Below, piece after piece: positions 9,836 to 18,139 of a stretch of 32,000 bases of DNA. This DNA is from Dubosiella newyorkensis (lineage in GTDB: Bacteria > Bacillota_I > Bacilli_A > Erysipelotrichales > Erysipelotrichaceae), in assembly GCF_001945605.1 (NCBI RefSeq), contig NZ_MPKA01000021.1, forward strand, positions 30,001-62,000, written 5' to 3'. The notes beneath the pieces are model-generated. The model ran no database searches. It worked only from the letters and a program-made list of their open reading frames with translations, and was not told the origin of the DNA. The position numbers and the translations under genes are program-made. Within the stretch, counting starts at the first letter, position 1, and the number at the start of each line of letters is the position of its first letter.

Positions 9836-10663
9836 TTATTCTCCTGCTGGCGCAGTTTCAACCGCTTTTTTCATATAGTCGTTGCGTGTATCTTTCGAGA
9901 TCTTATCAAGAGCATCCTGCACGCTATCGAACGACTCAGTTCCTTTCGTGTTGTTTTTAAGACCGATCGAAACGGTTGTATCGACATCGAAGCCTTTTCC
10001 ATCTTCGAATTTGACGATCGTAAGATCAGGGTTGCTCGCTACCACGCCTTCAGCCACAGGCATTTCAGCTGTGATCCCGACAGCATCCCCATTTTGTAAA
10101 GCAACGACAAGTTCAGGGTACGTAGCCTTCGGTGTAACATGATCAACGTTTTCAATTTGGTCGATCACATCGTCATAGTTCGTATTCTTTTGTCCGATCA
10201 CTTTCTTGCCGGCAAAGTCTTGGATCGAGGTCGCTTTTTCTTCTTCGCTTCCTTTTTTGACGATCATGACCATTCCATCGGATTCATAGTATGGTGTCGT
10301 AAAGTCGATTCCTTCTTCACGCTCTTCGTTGGCTGTCATTCCCGCGATGATCGCGTCGATCTCTCCAGATTCGAGCGCTGGCTGCAAGCCATCCCAAGCG
10401 ATCTTCTTGACAACGAGCTCTTTTCCCATGTTGTCGGCAATGTCTTTGGCCATCATGATATCGTATCCATCGCAATAGCCCATACCGCTGCCTAGATCCA
10501 CACTTGTTTCGGTCTCGCTCGATGTCTGCCAGTTGAATGGCGCGTAGCCACATTCCATTCCAACTTTGAATTGATCATTCGAATTTGAGGATGCATCAGA
10601 AGATGAAGAGCATCCCGTCAAAAGAAGCGCGAGCGCTCCTGCGCTGAGTAAAGCTTTTTTCAT
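9836..10663 (-). CDS. Amino-acid ABC transporter substrate-binding lipoprotein
   Basis: 275 aa. Signal peptide with lipobox LLTGC. Type-3 SBP blocks FKVGMECGYAPFNW and DAIIAGMTANEEREEGIDFT. Confidence 0.85.
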   Translation of the reverse strand: MKKALLSAGALALLLTGCSSSSDASSNSNDQFKVGMECGYAPFNWQTSSETETSVDLGSGMGYCDGYDIMMAKDIADNMGKELVVKKIAWDGLQPALESGEIDAIIAGMTANEEREEGIDFTTPYYESDGMVMIVKKGSEEEKATSIQDFAGKKVIGQKNTNYDDVIDQIENVDHVTPKATYPELVVALQNGDAVGITAEMPVAEGVVASNPDLTIVKFEDGKGFDVDTTVSIGLKNNTKGTESFDSVQDALDKISKDTRNDYMKKAVETAPAGE

Positions 10664-10683
10664 ATTTTCTCCTCCTAAAACGA

Positions 10684-10717
10684 TAAAGAAAAAGCTGCGT
10701 GTTATCCAACACCCAGC
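10684..10717 (-). terminator. Terminator hairpin (expression platform) of the lysine riboswitch
   Basis: Minus-strand AGCTGGGTGTTGGATAACACGCAGCT followed by TTTTTCTTT. Its GATAAC segment can alternatively pair with GTTATC at the 3' end of the aptamer. Confidence 0.65.
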
Positions 10718-10730
10718 TACTGCAATTCAT

Positions 10731-10893
10731 GTTGATAACGCCTCTTCATGATTGAAGGAGTGCATCAGGTCTTTCCTGATGCCCCAAGAAACAAAACCGC
10801 CACTTTGATTCTTTCGGCGATGGTTGCCTTTCCGTTTTTTCTTCGCATGCCTGCTCGAAAACGTACTCATCTGCATCGCTACCTCTATCTTTA
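10731..10893 (-). promoter_or_regulatory. Lysine (L-box) riboswitch aptamer
   Basis: The minus-strand RNA AAGATAGAGGTAGCGA..TGAGTA..CGGAAAGGCAACCATCGCCGAAAG..CTTGGGGCATC..GATGCACT..GAGGCGTTATCAAC reproduces the conserved L-box blocks. I am comparing with the B. subtilis lysC leader from memory (AGAGGTGCGA, GAGTA, GAAAGGGG, GTCGCCGAAG, CTGG, GGCTGTCAAG). Confidence 0.7.
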
Positions 10894-10925
10894 TCTGTTC
10901 ATAATATACAAACAATTATAAGAGT

Positions 10926-11366
10926 CTATATTTTTGAAGTCAACACTTTCCACGCTTTTCCAAGCAACGAATCAAGATCGTACACCATAGGGATCGATGG
11001 AAAGATCGTGATCATTCGCCAAATATAGTAGACCAACATTCCAATGACCCAAACCCATAGCAAGAAGTTGAACGCTTTTTTTAGATCCATGCAATAAAAG
11101 CAAGTCAACAGCAAGAAACAAAAAATCGTAGGGATCAACATCGCATGATAGGTCAATGAGCTTTCCAGATTTCCATTCATGAAATAATAGAGCGCCGTGG
11201 TCATATTGCATCCAGGACATGGTAAACCTGTCAACGACTGAAATGGACACGAATAATGGAAAAACAAGATCATCAGTCCTAAGGCGCCATAAGCGACCAC
11301 GATCATTTTTATTTTTTTTTGCATAATGAAAAGAGAATATCTTTGGATACTCTCTTTATTCTCCAT
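10926..11366 (-). CDS. DUF2752-family membrane protein
   Basis: 146 aa with 4 TM segments. The CPFQSLTGLPCPGCNMTTA motif (CP..G.PCPGCG.TRA-like) is characteristic of DUF2752. It overlaps the upstream gene by 11 nt. Confidence 0.7.
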   Translation of the reverse strand: MENKESIQRYSLFIMQKKIKMIVVAYGALGLMILFFHYSCPFQSLTGLPCPGCNMTTALYYFMNGNLESSLTYHAMLIPTIFCFLLLTCFYCMDLKKAFNFLLWVWVIGMLVYYIWRMITIFPSIPMVYDLDSLLGKAWKVLTSKI

Positions 11367-12099
11367 AACGTACGATCGAATTGATCGAATCTTGAAGGAT
11401 CGCCATCGAAATGATCGGGGCCAAGCAGCCTAAAATCGCAAGCAAAGCGGAATTGTCTCCAACTGGATACTTGGAATGAAGGCGAGAAACACTTTTTCCC
11501 GCTTTATAGAAAAAGTAGATTTGATATAACCCGCAGGTCACGATCGTCAGCAAGACAGCCATCATTGGATCCATGCTCATCGGCTCGTTTTGAGAAACCT
11601 CGAGTTCGTTGATGTCTTTTGCCATCAAGTAAAGCCATACAAATTCGTAGATCCCGCATGTAACGATCGTCAACAAGATATTCAAGACAATGCTTCTTTC
11701 TCTAATCGGCGCGATTCCACCATTTGTTCCATAATTCGTATTAGCACTATACGAATACGATTCTTGACTTGTCGTTTGCGGCAAATAAGAAGACAATTCG
11801 CTGTTCTTCAACAAGATCCAATCTTCCATTCCTGTTTTCCAAACATACGTTGTCGCTTTTAATGTTCCATTTTGAACAAATTCGATCATCTGCGACTTTG
11901 GGAATGGTCCTGTCGAAGCGTTATTGGATACATAATACCAATCCGCTTCTTCTTGAACGCTATCTTCCTCGATCACATCGACGCTTGGCTCTTCGGCTAC
12001 GATCACTTCTTTTTCCTCTGTATCTTGAAGATTCGCCCCGCAATTGGTGCAGAATTTAGCTCCTTCTTCATTTTCATGATTACAATTGTTACAAATCAC
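11356..12099 (-). CDS. Zn-ribbon / GYF_2 (DUF4339) / DUF4234 membrane protein
   Basis: 247 aa. N-terminal CNNCNHENEEGAKFCTNCG zinc ribbon. WYYVSNNASTGPF...VWKTGMEDW is a GYF-like domain. Two ILLTIVTCGIY / VLLTIVTCGLYQIYF TM repeats are typical of DUF4234. Confidence 0.7.
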   Translation of the reverse strand: MICNNCNHENEEGAKFCTNCGANLQDTEEKEVIVAEEPSVDVIEEDSVQEEADWYYVSNNASTGPFPKSQMIEFVQNGTLKATTYVWKTGMEDWILLKNSELSSYLPQTTSQESYSYSANTNYGTNGGIAPIRERSIVLNILLTIVTCGIYEFVWLYLMAKDINELEVSQNEPMSMDPMMAVLLTIVTCGLYQIYFFYKAGKSVSRLHSKYPVGDNSALLAILGCLAPIISMAILQDSINSIVRYGE

Positions 12100-12168
12100 A
12101 ATGAATCCCCCTTTTCGTCATAAAAATATTATACACACAAATACAATTTCTTACAAATATAGAAGAAA

Positions 12169-14157
12169 TTAATCTTTTTTGTGGGAACGTTTAAGTTTGA
12201 AAGCGAACAAGAGGATCGCAGCAAGCGCTACAAACCCGATCGTGATGTACAGACCTTCGTTCGTTTTTGTAGCCGTGTTGGCCGCATCGACTTTTGTAGG
12301 ATCCTTTTTCGAATCGTCCTTATTCGTATCGGCAGATCCTTTAGAATCTTTTTTATAATAGACATTGATCGTGACATCTTGAGCGATTGCATCGCCTTTG
12401 ACTTGTCCTTCCGTCTTCACGTGCGTATAGCCGTTGATCTTGATTTGATCAAATCGAGAAGCATCCCAATCGCTGCCTTGGACAAGACCAGCGATCTTAT
12501 TGGCATAATGGATCGACTTATTCGTTTCCTCATCAAGATAATTGACACGTACATAATATTCATTGATTGGCTGAATATAGATATCAACACTTTCATCCTG
12601 CTTCATCACAAGACTCTCCTCTTTTGGAAGCTCTACGATTTTATATCCTTCAGGAAGATGTGCTAAAGCGATCGTTTTCAAATCGACTTCTTCATTTTCC
12701 TTTTGATCTTTTAAAGGAACCGTCGCGATATCTTCTTCATTCACCGCGTTGATATATCGAAGCGACAACGTATATAGATTGACTTCTGGCTCTTTCTTTT
12801 GTTCCTGCTGTTTCATCACTTGAATGACAAATTCAAGATCCTGCTGGATCGTTCCACTCGTTCCTTGTTTGTTCGTTTCCGTGATTTCCTGGATCTCATA
12901 GCCTTTTGGAAGCATCGCTTCGATCTCCGGTTCAATGTCGTATTCAGCCTTTTCATCGAGCGGTCCCACACTTTTTTGAACGAGATCCTCATTATTTTCA
13001 GCATCGATCATCCGAATCGAGATCGTATACTGTTTCGTCTTGGCCTCTTCTTGGCTGGATTCTCCTTCATTGGAATTTTCTGACGTCTCTTCTTTTTGGG
13101 CTACATCGAGTTTGGTTCCGATCTCAAATCCATTTTTTTCTAGATCGATCTTGGAATCCAGATCGACATAGCTGCCCAATACGACATTTTCCGTGTTGCG
13201 GACCGTGATATTAGAGGTATCTAAAACCGTATTGACATCTGTAAGGTTTTGATAGGCGCCTTGATTTCCATTGACTTCAAGAGTGGAGCTATCGATCTTC
13301 ATCGTATTGTTTTTCAATGAAAGACCAAGTCCTTGGTTGTCGTTCAATGTCGCGCTGCCTTCGTTTGTGATCTGCCAGTTTCCGCCCTCGATCCCTGCTT
13401 GATTGCCTTTCACTTCCAGTTTCGAATCCTTCAAAGCGATCGGTGTCGCGTTGAGAACCATCGCTGTGCCCGCATTGTTTTCGATGACAATATCACTCGA
13501 GTTTTCAAAATAGATCGATCCCGTGCTTTGTCCGTTCGCGAAGAGCATCCCTTCTTCGCTTTGTCCTTCTTGGATATCGATTTTCGTTTCGTCCATGACA
13601 ACTTTTGCTTCATAGACACTCAAAACAGGCGCTTTTTTTGTTTTGACTGCTTGTATAGTGGATTTTAAGAACGTCACATCGCCTTGATAAGCGCCGATCG
13701 CTCTTCCTTGATACCCATCGATTTCAAAATCGCAGCCATCAAATTCAATCATTCCATCCTCTAAATAAAGCTCGCAATCCATCGGGGAGTTTTCTCTTTG
13801 TTCGCCTTGAATCTTGAACGTGCAATTTTCAAACGTGACGTTTCCGTTAACAAGCACTTTTGAATAGGTCTTCATTTCTCTTGAATTGGGATCGGCCTCC
13901 GTATTGGTCTTTCCGGACAATTCAAATGTGCAGTTCTTTATCGTGATCGGGTCTTTCTCGCTTCCGATCTTGAGAAGCGATTTCTCGTCGAGCTTGAATG
14001 TCTTATCTTGCATATCTTGCGCGATCTGCTCGATCGATACCGACTCCTTTGTTTCCTCTTGTTTTGGATCTTCGCCATTCTCTTTGGCGTATAAATACGC
14101 TGTATTCGGTAAAAGCATAGATAAAGCGACCATAGATGCTATCATTTTTCTATACAT
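12169..14157 (-). CDS. Secreted surface protein: N-terminal beta-helix-like repeats plus three MucBP-like repeats and a C-terminal membrane anchor
   Basis: 662 aa with a signal peptide (MYRKMIASMVALSMLLPNTAYLYA). Degenerate repeats of the type VTFENCTFKIQG / IEFDGCDFEIDG / LKDSKLEVKGNQ. Three units of about 75 aa (YTISIRMIDAENNEDL.., YTLSLRYINAVNEEDI.., YYVRVNYLDEETNKSI..) resemble MucBP. The C-terminus is a hydrophobic helix plus a KRSHKKD tail. Confidence 0.75.
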   Translation of the reverse strand: MYRKMIASMVALSMLLPNTAYLYAKENGEDPKQEETKESVSIEQIAQDMQDKTFKLDEKSLLKIGSEKDPITIKNCTFELSGKTNTEADPNSREMKTYSKVLVNGNVTFENCTFKIQGEQRENSPMDCELYLEDGMIEFDGCDFEIDGYQGRAIGAYQGDVTFLKSTIQAVKTKKAPVLSVYEAKVVMDETKIDIQEGQSEEGMLFANGQSTGSIYFENSSDIVIENNAGTAMVLNATPIALKDSKLEVKGNQAGIEGGNWQITNEGSATLNDNQGLGLSLKNNTMKIDSSTLEVNGNQGAYQNLTDVNTVLDTSNITVRNTENVVLGSYVDLDSKIDLEKNGFEIGTKLDVAQKEETSENSNEGESSQEEAKTKQYTISIRMIDAENNEDLVQKSVGPLDEKAEYDIEPEIEAMLPKGYEIQEITETNKQGTSGTIQQDLEFVIQVMKQQEQKKEPEVNLYTLSLRYINAVNEEDIATVPLKDQKENEEVDLKTIALAHLPEGYKIVELPKEESLVMKQDESVDIYIQPINEYYVRVNYLDEETNKSIHYANKIAGLVQGSDWDASRFDQIKINGYTHVKTEGQVKGDAIAQDVTINVYYKKDSKGSADTNKDDSKKDPTKVDAANTATKTNEGLYITIGFVALAAILLFAFKLKRSHKKD

Positions 14158-14194
14158 AAGTAGACCTCCGTTCTATCTCCATTATAGCATCCCC

Positions 14195-14224
14195 ATAAAA
14201 AAAGGATGCTTGTGAACATCCTTT
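14195..14224 (-). terminator. Rho-independent terminator after the hexapeptide transferase gene
   Basis: Minus-strand AAAGGATGTTCACAAGCATCCTTT hairpin followed by T-run TTTTTAT; it overlaps the stop codon. Confidence 0.7.
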
Positions 14225-14879
14225 ACTTTTCTTTGATCACGATTTCTTCTTGGCTTTTGAAGATCGTGTGTTCTGGAACTTGACCGCGTACTCGAGAAAG
14301 TGGATACACATTCGTATTTCTTCCGATGATCGTTCCTGGATTCAAAACACTATTGCAGCCCACTTCGACATGATCGCCCAACATGGCTCCCATTTTTTTC
14401 AATCCCGTTTTGATTTCCTCTTTCCCATTTTTCATCACTACAAGAGTTTTATCCGATTTTACATTGGATGTAATAGAACCAGCCCCCATATGAGAATAAT
14501 ACCCAAGAATGCTGTCGCCTACATAATTATAATGCGGTGTCTGTACATGATCGAATAAGATCACGTTTTTCAATTCTACCGAATTGCCGACCACGCAGTC
14601 AGCCCCCACTAAGGCACTCCCTCGAATAAAAGCGCAATGGCGAACCTCCGTGTTCGGACCGATAATACAAGGCGCTCCTAGAAAAGCGGTTGGCGCGATC
14701 TTAGCGCTAGGATGGACCCAAACATGCTCCTGAACTTCTTCATAGTCTTCGAGCGTTTTTCCTAGATCCAAAATGAGCTGCTTGATTCCTGCAAGCGCTT
14801 GCCATGGGTAGGTGAATTGTTGAAGATACTCTTTTGCGAGAGTGTGGTTTAAATCGAATAAATCATTGATCGTATACAT
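14223..14879 (-). CDS. Left-handed beta-helix (hexapeptide-repeat) transferase family protein
   Basis: 218 aa. Hexapeptide-like imperfect repeats run through GAPCIIGPNTEVRHCAFIRGSALVGADCVVGNSVELKNVILFD and GDHVEVGCNSVLNPGTIIG. The start shares one base with the PP2C stop (TAATG). Confidence 0.7.
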   Translation of the reverse strand: MYTINDLFDLNHTLAKEYLQQFTYPWQALAGIKQLILDLGKTLEDYEEVQEHVWVHPSAKIAPTAFLGAPCIIGPNTEVRHCAFIRGSALVGADCVVGNSVELKNVILFDHVQTPHYNYVGDSILGYYSHMGAGSITSNVKSDKTLVVMKNGKEEIKTGLKKMGAMLGDHVEVGCNSVLNPGTIIGRNTNVYPLSRVRGQVPEHTIFKSQEEIVIKEK

Positions 14880-16069
14880 TATTGTTCCTCTTTCTTTTGT
14901 TCTTCGAGCGACATGAGAGAGCGTACGAAGCGCCCATTCGCTTCGTCTAAGCTATGTTGCGCGTCTTTGCATGCGTTGACTTGTTTGGAATGCAGCATTT
15001 CCAGCGCATCCAAGTTTTTACGGAGCTCGATTTTTTCTTCTTGGAGAGCCTCGATTTCTTTTTCGATCTTTTGAACACGCGATTCGAGCTTGCCTTTTTC
15101 CATGTCAAAATGTTTTTTTGCGTTCTTTTCGTGATGGAGCCTGTTTTCAGCGGATTTTAACCGATCCATATTATGTGCGACCTGTACATAATGTTCGAGT
15201 TCTTTTTTGACCGCTTCGATCTTGCTTGGATCGATCCAGCCCGCTAAACTCGTATCGTCTTTGCTTCCCCGCTTCGAGATCTCAGGAAGAAGATGAGCGA
15301 AATAGCTTTGGATCTTTTCTTGATCGAGATCTTTGATCTCTAAACAAAGCTCGCCAAAAAAGGCTTGCAGATGAATAAGATCTTGGAACGATTTATCGAT
15401 CCCGTCGCTCGCGATCATGATCGCGACCGGATCGGCTTGTCTTCGATCGATCCATACATAGCGCATTCGTCTGCTCGCATCCTTGTCGCATAAAGAAGTA
15501 GTGATATTACGAATACATAAAGCATCGTCAGGCATTGGTTGGTATAAAAAGCCGTTTTGATCCACGCAAATACAGACCCCATCCCCTTGTTGGAGGATCA
15601 AAATATAGTTTTCGGTGATCAAAGCGCTTAGAAGAGTTGTTCCATAAATATTGGTCAAATACATTCCCTTTTGATAAATGGAAGAGAGCGTCTGGGCTCT
15701 TTGATACTCTTCTTCCCGGATCGGGAACGCTTGAATATCCGCATAGACATATTGATTCCAATTGTCGACGATATCTTGAATCAAAGAACGAATCAGCGCT
15801 TCACGGTCTTCCTCGTTCTGAAGCACATGATCAAGATCGTATTTGTCCACAGTTTGTGCAAAGAGCTTTAGATTTTGGATCGCGACATCGACTGCCAAGC
15901 TCGATCCTACTTCGCTTCTAAAGCATTCTCGCGCTCCATGTCCATCGGCGATCGCGATGATTTGATATGGATCATTCTGCCAAAGATCGACGGAATCTTC
16001 GTTCGCGAGATCCATTTGGATATGTTTATATCCCGTTGTCGTATGCGCAAAAAGGGTGTTCTTATTCAC
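14879..16069 (-). CDS. PP2C-family Ser/Thr phosphatase domain protein with C-terminal coiled coil
   Basis: 396 aa. NEDS...IIAIADGHGA and IASDGIDK metal-site motifs indicate the PP2C_2-type fold. The last ~100 aa are heptad-rich (KIEKEIEALQEEKIELRKNLDALE). GTG start at 16069 with AAGGA 8 nt upstream. Confidence 0.75.
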   Translation of the reverse strand: MNKNTLFAHTTTGYKHIQMDLANEDSVDLWQNDPYQIIAIADGHGARECFRSEVGSSLAVDVAIQNLKLFAQTVDKYDLDHVLQNEEDREALIRSLIQDIVDNWNQYVYADIQAFPIREEEYQRAQTLSSIYQKGMYLTNIYGTTLLSALITENYILILQQGDGVCICVDQNGFLYQPMPDDALCIRNITTSLCDKDASRRMRYVWIDRRQADPVAIMIASDGIDKSFQDLIHLQAFFGELCLEIKDLDQEKIQSYFAHLLPEISKRGSKDDTSLAGWIDPSKIEAVKKELEHYVQVAHNMDRLKSAENRLHHEKNAKKHFDMEKGKLESRVQKIEKEIEALQEEKIELRKNLDALEMLHSKQVNACKDAQHSLDEANGRFVRSLMSLEEQKKEEQ

Positions 16070-16154
16070 AATATCATCCTTTCTTCAATTTTTATCGCAT
16101 CTATCGTATTATACTTGATTATGAAAAATTGTGGAAACAAAATCAAATCCCATG

Positions 16155-16186
16155 AACAAAAAAAGCACTTTTTTTTCAGTGCTTTT
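16155..16186 (-). terminator. Rho-independent terminator closing the T7SS-like operon
   Basis: Minus-strand AAAGCACTGAAAAAAAAGTGCTTT hairpin followed by TTTTGTT; it overlaps the lipoprotein TGA stop. Confidence 0.7.
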
Positions 16187-16832
16187 CATTCGTATTTTCA
16201 ATATTATTGATTTTCCATTGTCCATCTTCTTGTTTTAGAGTGAACTTTAGATTTGTTTCAGTGTCTGGAAGATCCTCTAACGACTTTGTCATATTCCCGA
16301 AAACGAGCGCAGAAAGATCTTTATAGAGCTTCGCCTCCAATTCCTCTTGGGTATGTTCGGTCGCATACGCTTCTAAGCTTTCAGCATTTTCTTCCATATA
16401 CGTTTGGACGCTGTTCATCAATTCCGTCTGCAAGGAATTCACATCGAAGGCTTCGCTGTCCTTTCCTTTTAACGTGATCAGAGCCGTAGCTTCCTTATTA
16501 TCGATCTGAGTGGAGTCGATCTTATATTGATCAAAGGTCTTATTCATAAAAGCGCTCACGAATTTTCGAGCCTCTTTGTCAAAATCCTCTCCTAGATCCA
16601 TGTTGACGAGCTGATCATCGAGCTGTTCATAAAACGCGGTGAGATTCATGCTCACATCCGCATCCTCAGAAAGGAGGGCGTCCGCCTCTTTATAGTCTCC
16701 ATTTTTACAATCGGTCAAATAAGACTGCACGACTTCTTGAACCGCTTTTTGTTCCTCTTCTTGATTGGAGCATGCGCTCAAAGTAATGATCATAGCAAAA
16801 AACAATAAACACGATAACAATCTCTTTCCCAT
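16176..16832 (-). CDS. Lipoprotein of unknown function (last gene of the T7SS-like operon; candidate immunity/accessory protein)
   Basis: 218 aa. Signal peptide with lipobox LSAC; acidic soluble domain. AAGAGGT SD. Confidence 0.7.
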   Translation of the reverse strand: MGKRLLSCLLFFAMIITLSACSNQEEEQKAVQEVVQSYLTDCKNGDYKEADALLSEDADVSMNLTAFYEQLDDQLVNMDLGEDFDKEARKFVSAFMNKTFDQYKIDSTQIDNKEATALITLKGKDSEAFDVNSLQTELMNSVQTYMEENAESLEAYATEHTQEELEAKLYKDLSALVFGNMTKSLEDLPDTETNLKFTLKQEDGQWKINNIENTNEKH

Positions 16833-16868
16833 ACTGTACCTCTTTTCGAGCTCAGTATAGCATAGTTT

Positions 16869-17153
16869 TTAACGGTTCCGGCCAACTTTTTCATATTCTT
16901 CTTCCAAAACAAAGCGGAAATTGAATTCTTCTTCGTTTTGAAGGCCAATATAATAAAGAACACGGATATCTTTATGATCGAACAAATACATTTTTGTCGA
17001 ATCGATCATCCCTTCCGGCCACAATACGGCAGCATAATCATAGATCTTGCCACTTTCCTTGCTTCTTTGAAAACGACCGATGATCATGATCTTCTTATCC
17101 CCATTCTTTAATGTGACGACACTCCCTAAAGGTAATAATTCTGGCATCTTCAT
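16869..17153 (-). CDS. DUF4176-family protein (T7SS-associated)
   Basis: 94 aa. The LPLGSVVTLKNGDKKIMIIGRFQ...YDYAAVLWPEGMIDSTKMYLFDHKDIRVLYYIG pattern matches DUF4176 as I know it from Firmicute Ess loci. Strong AAAGGAGGAAG SD. Confidence 0.75.
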   Translation of the reverse strand: MKMPELLPLGSVVTLKNGDKKIMIIGRFQRSKESGKIYDYAAVLWPEGMIDSTKMYLFDHKDIRVLYYIGLQNEEEFNFRFVLEEEYEKVGRNR

Positions 17154-17169
17154 CGTCTTCCTCCTTTCA

Positions 17170-17982
17170 TTAATATTTGATGTTGATCTTCCAGCCTAGA
17201 CCTGCGATAAAGCCAAGCTTACTCCCAAATTCCCATTCCCGGTTTTTATGCGAATAGCTCACATCCGCTCCTGCGCTCATTAAAGAAGCGCTGCCAGATA
17301 ACGTGATCGTCGCTCCAAACAAATGAAAGCCTAACTCCGCTTCTCCTTCCAAAGCCGCAACATGACCTGAAAGCTTTAAGGTTTGCTCTTTTGCGCTCAG
17401 ACACACTTGGCCGACTGCTTTCGCGCTTCCTACATTGACGCTCGCTTTGCTTGTTGCATACACTTTTCCTTTCCCTAGCTTCGCATGGCTTGTTAAAGAA
17501 AGGAGCGAAAGCGAAATCTGTCCACGCAGATCTAAGGACGGATCGAATTTCTTATCGTTCCAGATCCCTAACTCAAATTCACCTTCCACTTTCGCATTCC
17601 CTACATTCGCTTCTAAGCTATGCGATAGAAATTCATTCGAGTATTTATTTTCAACTTGCATATAGTGGATGGAGGCGCTCGCTTCACCTTCGATCGGTCG
17701 GCCCCCTTTGCGAAGCAAAGAAGACATATGCGGATCAAACGAGGCGCTCGTGCCCGTCTTGAACACGTTCGAGCTCACGCTCACTTTAGGAAGCGATCTT
17801 CCTTCAAGCGCTTCCGCTTCATTTGCAATCGTTAAAAAATATTGTCTTAAGCGCTCGATTGCCGCCAAGATTTCTTGATGCCTTTGAGCTAGAGAAGGAT
17901 GCAGAAAATAAAGATAGGTCCGCACTTGATGGATTTGGCTTGCGAATTGTCTAGAAGAGTTTGTCTCGATATCCAAGAGCAT
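17170..17982 (-). CDS. Hypothetical protein with a helical N-terminus and a Gly/Ala/Ser-rich beta-repeat C-terminus; candidate T7SS cargo
   Basis: 270 aa. Residues 1-60 are predicted helical. The rest has repeating units (ANVGNAKVEGEFELG, ASVNVGSAKAVGQV, GHVAALEGEAELGFHLFG, GSASLMSAGADVSYS, GSKLGFIAGLGWKINIKY). It has no signal peptide. Start ATG with GGAG 4 nt upstream. No family recognised. Confidence 0.55.
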   Translation of the reverse strand: MLLDIETNSSRQFASQIHQVRTYLYFLHPSLAQRHQEILAAIERLRQYFLTIANEAEALEGRSLPKVSVSSNVFKTGTSASFDPHMSSLLRKGGRPIEGEASASIHYMQVENKYSNEFLSHSLEANVGNAKVEGEFELGIWNDKKFDPSLDLRGQISLSLLSLTSHAKLGKGKVYATSKASVNVGSAKAVGQVCLSAKEQTLKLSGHVAALEGEAELGFHLFGATITLSGSASLMSAGADVSYSHKNREWEFGSKLGFIAGLGWKINIKY

Positions 17983-18139
17983 CCATCTCCTGTCTTTGTA
18001 ACACGATCAAGCCTTGGATCTTAGCGAACGATTTCGATACATACCATCGCTCATTATCGCTTAAAAAACTAGGAATCGATTGAGCGAGCCGATCCAGCTG
18101 ATTGGCCATTTGATCATAGACAAAATATCCCCTATGCAT
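17951..18139 (-). CDS. Small helical protein (62 aa), possible chaperone/targeting partner or 5' part of the next gene
   Basis: The ATG at 18139 overlaps the upstream WXG stop (ATGCATAG). The ORF-track start at 18181 would overlap the WXG gene by 50 nt. The 3' end overlaps the 270-aa ORF by 32 nt. Confidence 0.4.
   Translation of the reverse strand: MHRGYFVYDQMANQLDRLAQSIPSFLSDNERWYVSKSFAKIQGLIVLQRQEMDALGYRDKLF

Noticed and set aside
10727-10915. 62-aa minus-strand ORF
   Set aside because: It lies inside the lysine riboswitch aptamer and leader. It has no SD, and its basic low-complexity sequence (HAKKKRKGNHRRKNQ) derives from conserved RNA blocks.
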